A stretch of DNA of 64,000 bases from contig JAGYJY010000008.1 of the NCBI GenBank assembly GCA_018401745.1, positions 31,699-95,698 on the forward strand, read 5' to 3'. Source of the stretch: Pirellulales bacterium. Its GTDB lineage: Bacteria > Planctomycetota > Planctomycetia > Pirellulales > UBA1268. The translations under genes and the position numbers were made by a program. How positions within the stretch are numbered: position 1 is the first letter of the stretch; each line of letters starts with the position of its first letter. Below the pieces are notes generated by a model that was not told the DNA's origin, searched no databases, and saw only the letters and a program-made list of their open reading frames with translations. Positions 60,353-64,000 of the stretch are shown here, piece by piece.

Positions 60353-61522
60353 TCAGCCAACAGCCGACGCCATCGCGTAGGAGCCGAGCACCACCACTTT
60401 GCGGCAGCGGCGTTCAAGCGACGCAATCGCCCGGCGAACGCGAGGGTCGGTGCGGTGGCCTTCGAGCTCCACAAAAAACACATAGCCTCGTTCCTCACCT
60501 GCCATCGGAAAGGATTCGATCCAGGTGAGGTTGAGTTTCTGCTTCTTCGGAACGGCGAGCGCATCAGCGAGACCACCTGGCTTATGCTCGATCTCAAACA
60601 TCAGCGACGTTTTGTCGCGGCCGGTGCGGCCCGAATCGGCATGGCCGATCACGGCAAAGCGGGTGGAGTTGCCGGCAATGTCCTCGATTTCTTCGGCGAG
60701 CAGATCGAGCCCGTGGTGCACCGCTGCCTGGCGACTGGCGATCGCCGCCGAGCGTGGCGTCGACGCGGCCATTTCAGCAGCGGCGCTGGTGCTCGTCACC
60801 TCCACAAGCCGAGCTGTGGGCAGATGCCGAGCAAGCCAGTTGCGGCACTGGGAGAGCGCCTGCGGCCGGCTGAAAACCTGCTCGATCTCCGTGCGATCAC
60901 AGGCGGCGAGGAGGTTGTGGTGGATGCGGAGCGGCACCTCTGCGCAGATCTTCACCGGCAGCCGGGCAAAGTTGTCGAGGGTGTCGGCGATGCGGCCATC
61001 GGTCGAGTTTTCCAGCGGGGCGACGCCGTAGTGGGAATGTCCGGAGTTCACCTCCTCAAACACCGCCGAGATGCTCGCCACCGGCACAAACTCCACCGAG
61101 GTGCCGAAGCGGTGGATCGCGGCGAGATGGCTGTACGTCCAGGCTGGCCCCAGATACGCCACCCGCAGGTGCTGCTCGATCGCCCGCGACCCGCTGATGA
61201 TCTCGCGAAACACCGCCTTCACGCTTTCGTCAGACAGCGGCCCCGCGTTGGCCTCCGCAACGCGGCCGAGCACCATCTCCTCCCGCGAGGGATCGTAGGT
61301 CTGCTGGTTGTGCGACTGCTTGATGTGACCGATTTCCCGCGCGCACTCCGCCCGCCTGTTCATCAGCCCGACGAGTTCGCGATCGAGCCCGTCGATCTCC
61401 TTCCGCAGGCCACCAAGCTCCTGCCGCAGGCCACCAAGCGGATCCTCGCTCGGCTTGTGCGGCTCTGACTTCTGCGGCAGTTTGGAACGCGAGACTGCCT
61501 TTTTTCGAGGTGTTTTTGCCAT
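60353..61522 (-). CDS. pheA: Bifunctional chorismate mutase / prephenate dehydratase (P-protein)
   Basis: CM region (LRKEIDGLDRELVGLMNRRAECAREIGHIK), PDT region (VAYLGPAWTYSHLAA) and a C-terminal ACT domain. ATG at 61522. Confidence 0.85.
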   Translation of the reverse strand: MAKTPRKKAVSRSKLPQKSEPHKPSEDPLGGLRQELGGLRKEIDGLDRELVGLMNRRAECAREIGHIKQSHNQQTYDPSREEMVLGRVAEANAGPLSDESVKAVFREIISGSRAIEQHLRVAYLGPAWTYSHLAAIHRFGTSVEFVPVASISAVFEEVNSGHSHYGVAPLENSTDGRIADTLDNFARLPVKICAEVPLRIHHNLLAACDRTEIEQVFSRPQALSQCRNWLARHLPTARLVEVTSTSAAAEMAASTPRSAAIASRQAAVHHGLDLLAEEIEDIAGNSTRFAVIGHADSGRTGRDKTSLMFEIEHKPGGLADALAVPKKQKLNLTWIESFPMAGEERGYVFFVELEGHRTDPRVRRAIASLERRCRKVVVLGSYAMASAVG

Positions 61523-61709
61523 CGAGCTGACGCTCCATCGCCATCGCCTCTTCTTCCCGGGACGGCCAAAATGGCAGTCGCAATGCGGGGCCCATGTCGG
61601 GGCAGCGGCAGGCCCCTCAACTGTAACTCGCCGCGGAAGCCCGTAAACACACGCTTTTGCGGCGGGTGTGGAATGTTTTCTGATCACAAATCCTGAAAAC
61701 ACCAGCCGC

Positions 61710-61725
61710 TGGCACGCCCTTTGCA
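61710..61725 (+). promoter_or_regulatory. Sigma-54-type -24/-12 promoter match upstream of dnaK
   Basis: TGGCACGCCCTTTGCA matches TGGCAC-N5-TTGCA exactly, with correct GG/GC spacing. It lies 88 nt upstream of the dnaK ATG on the sense strand. Confidence 0.4.
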
Positions 61726-61812
61726 CGTGAACTTCACTGCCCGAGCCGGCCACGCGACCGCAGGCTCAGCAGCCAACCGCAAACAGGACCCGAACCCACG
61801 AGGGAGCAGTTC

Positions 61813-63726
61813 ATGGCCAACCCCAAAGGCGAGAAGATTATCGGCATCGACTTGGGCACCACCAACTCGGTGGTGGCCGTCATGGAGGGCAGCGACCCCA
61901 AGGTGATCGCCAACAAAGACGGCGACCGTCTGACTCCGAGCGTTGTGGCGTTCAACGACAAAGGGGAAACGCTTGTCGGGGTGCAGGCCCGTCGTCAGGC
62001 GGTGACCAACCCGAAGCGGACGATCTCCTCGATCAAGCGATTCATGGGCCGCCGCCACAACGAGGTGGCCTCGGAAGAGAAGATCGTGCCCTATGAGGTC
62101 GTCGGCGGGCCGGAAGACTACGTCAAGGTCGAGGCGGGCGATCAAGAGTTCACGCCGCCAGAGATCTCGGCAAAGGTGCTGCGGGCGCTCAAAGAAGCCG
62201 CGGAAGCCTACCTCGGCCACAAGGTCAACAAGGCGGTGATCACGGTTCCGGCCTACTTCAACGATGCCCAGCGTCAGGCCACCAAAGATGCTGGCCAGAT
62301 CGCCGGCCTTGAGGTGTCGCGAATCGTCAATGAGCCGACGGCCGCAGCCCTCGCCTACGGTCTCGATAAGAAAAAGGACGAGCGGATCGTGGTCTTCGAC
62401 CTCGGCGGTGGCACCTTTGACGTGTCGGTCCTCGACGTCTCGAAGGATGGTGTGTTTCAGGTGGTCAGCACCAACGGCGACACGCATCTCGGTGGCGACG
62501 ACTTCGACCAGAAGCTGATCAACCACGTGGCCGATGCCTTCCAGAAGGAACAGGGCATTGATCTGCGAAAAGACACGATGGCCCTGCAGCGGCTCCAGGA
62601 AGCCTGCGAAAAGGCCAAGAAGGAACTCTCCAGCGCTCAGAGCACCGACATCAATCTGCCGTTCATCACGGCCGATGCCTCGGGGCCGAAGCATCTGCAG
62701 CAGGCGATCACCCGTGCCCAGTTTGAGCAGCTCACCGACGACCTGATCGAGCGGTGCCGCGGCCCGGTGATCAAGGCCCTGGAAGACGCGAAGCTGAGTC
62801 CATCGCAGATCGACGAGGTGGTGCTCGTCGGCGGCTCGACCCGCATCCCCAAGGTGCAGGAGCTCGTCAAGAAGATCTTCGGGAAAGAGGCCCACAAGGG
62901 CGTCAATCCCGATGAGGTCGTGGCCCTCGGTGCGGCGATCCAGGGCGGTGTGCTCGGCGGCGACGTGCAAGACGTGCTCCTGCTCGACGTGACCCCGCTC
63001 TCGCTCGGCATCGAGACCGAAGGCGGCATCTTCACCAAGCTCGTCGAACGAAACACCACGATTCCGACCGACAAGAAAAACGTCTTCAGCACCGCGGCCG
63101 ACAACCAGACGGCCGTTACCGTGAGCGTGTATCAGGGTGAGCGGCCGATGGCGAAAGACAACCGGCTGCTCGGCCAGTTCAATCTGGAAGGCATCCCGCC
63201 GGCTCCCCGCGGCACTCCGCAAGTTGAGGTCAAGTTTGACATCGATGCCAACGGCATCCTCAACGTGAGCGCCAAAGACCTCAGCAGCAACAAGGAGCAG
63301 ACAGTTCGCATCGAGCAGTCGAGCGGCCTCACCGAGGATGAGATCGAGCGGATGCAGAAAGATGCCGAGCAAAACGCCGAAGCAGACAAGCAGAAGCAGA
63401 AGCTGGCCGAGGCCAAGAACAAGGCTGAGAGTCTCTGCTTCCAGACCGAGAAGTTGATCAAGGAAAACGACGAAAAGCTCTCGGCCTCCGACAAGGCTCC
63501 GCTGGAGTCGGCAGTCACCAAGTGCCGCGAGCTGGCCAAGGGCGACGACGCCGACGCAATCATCTCGGCCCACGACGAGCTTGAGCAGGCCACGCATGCC
63601 CTCTCGAAGGTGCTCTACGAGGCGGCAGCGCAGCAGGGCAGCGAAGCCCCGCAGTCAGGCAGCGAGGCTGCAAAGCCGGCAGACGACGCGATCGACGCTG
63701 AGTTTGAGGTCAAGAAAGACGGGTAG
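61813..63726 (+). CDS. dnaK: Molecular chaperone DnaK (Hsp70)
   Basis: [36 protein letters not shown] and a full-length Hsp70 layout. Confidence 0.95.
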   Translation: MANPKGEKIIGIDLGTTNSVVAVMEGSDPKVIANKDGDRLTPSVVAFNDKGETLVGVQARRQAVTNPKRTISSIKRFMGRRHNEVASEEKIVPYEVVGGPEDYVKVEAGDQEFTPPEISAKVLRALKEAAEAYLGHKVNKAVITVPAYFNDAQRQATKDAGQIAGLEVSRIVNEPTAAALAYGLDKKKDERIVVFDLGGGTFDVSVLDVSKDGVFQVVSTNGDTHLGGDDFDQKLINHVADAFQKEQGIDLRKDTMALQRLQEACEKAKKELSSAQSTDINLPFITADASGPKHLQQAITRAQFEQLTDDLIERCRGPVIKALEDAKLSPSQIDEVVLVGGSTRIPKVQELVKKIFGKEAHKGVNPDEVVALGAAIQGGVLGGDVQDVLLLDVTPLSLGIETEGGIFTKLVERNTTIPTDKKNVFSTAADNQTAVTVSVYQGERPMAKDNRLLGQFNLEGIPPAPRGTPQVEVKFDIDANGILNVSAKDLSSNKEQTVRIEQSSGLTEDEIERMQKDAEQNAEADKQKQKLAEAKNKAESLCFQTEKLIKENDEKLSASDKAPLESAVTKCRELAKGDDADAIISAHDELEQATHALSKVLYEAAAQQGSEAPQSGSEAAKPADDAIDAEFEVKKDG

Positions 63727-63743
63727 GTTTGAGGCCATTCCGA

Positions 63744-63789
63744 GCCGCCGTGTGCCGGAGCTGGCCTCCGTTCACGGCGGCTTTTTTTT
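63744..63789 (+). terminator. Rho-independent terminator of dnaK
   Basis: Stem GCCGCCGTG (63744-63752) pairs with CACGGCGGC (63773-63781), followed by T8 (63782-63789). Confidence 0.65.
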
Positions 63790-63824
63790 GGACTTTTCGT
63801 TTCAGCAACCGCTGGAGGTGAGCA

Positions 63825-64000
63825 ATGGCTTTCCGCTTTGACAAGTTCACGATCAAGGCCCAAGAGGCCGTTCAGCGTGCAGTCGACCTGGCCGCCGACC
63901 GGGGCAACCCGCAGGTCACCCCCGTGCATCTGCTGCAGGCGCTGCTCGCCGAGCACGAGGGGATTGTGCGACCGCTGCTGGAGAAGATCGGTGTCGACCG
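63825..64000 (+). CDS. clpB: ClpB disaggregase, N-terminal fragment (runs off the window end)
   Basis: MAFRFDKFTIKAQEAVQRAVDLAADRGNPQVTPVHLLQALL is the canonical Clp_N start. GGAGG lies upstream of the ATG. Confidence 0.85.
   Translation, partial: MAFRFDKFTIKAQEAVQRAVDLAADRGNPQVTPVHLLQALLAEHEGIVRPLLEKIGVD

Noticed and set aside
61403-61439. In-frame 21-nt direct duplication in the pheA 5' region (CCGCAGGCCACCAAGC twice, giving LGGLRQE/LGGLRKE)
   Set aside because: It is a simple heptad duplication within the N-terminal region, with no frame disruption or regulatory context. It is recorded but not considered significant.
61684-63597. 637-aa ORF on the minus strand, exactly mirroring dnaK
   Set aside because: Long antisense ORFs opposite dnaK are a well-known artefact of Hsp70 codon structure in GC-rich genomes. 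The plus-strand product is an unmistakable full-length DnaK, while the antisense translation is low-complexity (L/G/R/D-rich).

Overview
GC-rich bacterial chromosomal segment with about 65 recognisable genes. Third codon positions are strongly G/C-biased, so almost every real gene carries long antisense shadow ORFs. Gene content suggests Planctomycetota, but that is an inference with no search behind it: a PVM-type microcompartment locus with three BMC-P paralogs, DUF1080 and YdjY-like secreted proteins, an ECF sigma factor, and an FtsQ-like gene next to murB. In the ORF track, coordinates include the stop codon and GTG/TTG starts are shown as M, so I re-derived many starts. Most of the window is housekeeping: murB-ftsQ, tsaE-thiL, two HtrA proteases, cinA, aat, an RRM protein plus DEAD-box helicase, dnaG-rpoD, greA, yggS, comM, purN-ileS-PNP, argJ-argC, coaC/coaB-rpoZ-gmk-yicC, secG, tpiA, pheA, dnaK-clpB. 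Four things stand out. (1) A minus-strand cluster (13726-19098) pairs two small WXG100-like helical proteins with a large FtsK/SpoIIIE multi-domain ATPase that has no recognisable membrane segment. This is a type VII-secretion-like signature in an unexpected host and is my best candidate for an undescribed system. (2) A complete PVM-type bacterial microcompartment locus (38305-46125) includes an uncharacterised cargo-like protein. (3) A composite GC-rich repeat/hairpin element family has two copies (about 46368-46775 and 52392-53049), each abutting the stop codon of a minus-strand gene. (4) At least ten single-base frame disruptions at short homopolymers hit genes including ileS and greA. These are far more likely sequence errors than real pseudogenes, and they affect how every split or fused ORF here should be read.
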